A stretch of 63,943 bases of DNA, counting the filler, from Octopus bimaculoides (lineage: Eukaryota): assembly GCF_001194135.2 (NCBI RefSeq). It is 4 parts of 4 records of this genome, joined end to end, with 100 filler letters (N's around TTAATTAATTAA, not from the genome) between each part and the next. Parts side by side here need not be neighbours in the genome. Positions count along the whole stretch, not along the records: positions 57,124 to 63,943 come from NC_068985.1; 3 more parts are not named here. One strand, 5' to 3'. The stretch's first letter is position 1; every line of letters begins with the position of its first letter. The notes under the pieces were generated by a model that ran no database searches, was not told the DNA's origin, and was given only the letters and a program-made list of their open reading frames with translations. The position numbers and the translations under genes are program-made. This document shows positions 63,561 through 63,943 of the stretch, one piece after another.

Positions 63561-63943
63561 ACATCGCCGTAGGCATCTGACTGATAACAAAACCCCCTAC
63601 GGTCTTACCTACCCCACACTTCTTTTCCCCCCATTTTCCATTACATTCTGGTTTTCTCTTTCTTATCGCCCCTTTTTTGCCGTCCCCTTGTGAGAGGGGT
63701 CATGAGAAAAGTGAAGGTGAAGGAAGGTGTTTGAAAAACAACGGGTCGGTGGCAAGGCGGGCGGGTGGGTGCGAAGTGCATGAATACTTTTAGGAGCGCG
63801 TGAGTGAAACAATTGTTTCGCTAAATGACCTGTGGCTAAAGACATAGGGTGGGGGAGAGAGTTCAGAGGGGGGAAAGGTTCGGTGAGGAGGTGATCGTGG
63901 TGGTGATGCTGATGCTGGTGGTGGTGGTGGTGGTGGTGGTGGT

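Noticed and set aside
63017-63590. Cys/Val/Tyr/His-rich ORFs resembling metal-binding peptides
   Set aside because: They are dinucleotide and tetranucleotide microsatellites, open in several frames.

Overview
This is AT-rich, gap-riddled, microsatellite-dense animal genomic DNA, most likely from an octopus. That species call is inference from remembered SINE families and repeat style, not a database result. I find no intact host protein-coding gene, rRNA, true tRNA or CRISPR array; nearly all long ORFs in the track are microsatellite or N-gap artefacts. The window is a retrotransposon graveyard: (i) R4/Dong-type RLE LINE fragments sitting in (TAA)n tracts; (ii) two RTE LINE fossils, one ending in tandem C2H2 fingers; (iii) three L1/Tx1-type pieces; (iv) at least four tRNA-headed SINE families (my labels A-D); (v) Tc1/mariner and hAT MITEs and fragments; (vi) Penelope-like repeats carrying minimal hammerhead ribozyme folds. 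The best candidate for an undescribed system is at 21350-27390: two different Tx1-like LINEs sit in tandem at the same 13-bp site (GTAGCTTGCTTAC) inside the tRNA-derived head of SINE A, which suggests SINE- or tRNA-targeted retrotransposons. The first has lost its whole RT domain, and (TTAGGG)n telomeric repeats lie at the deletion junction. Other notable signals are hammerhead folds with a U3(-A8) variant core, an array of about 8 head-to-tail SINE D copies, and a shared 3' stem-loop between SINE D and an (ATT)n-embedded Tx1 end. All alignments and translations were done by eye, so boundaries are approximate unless a TSD or TIR is quoted.
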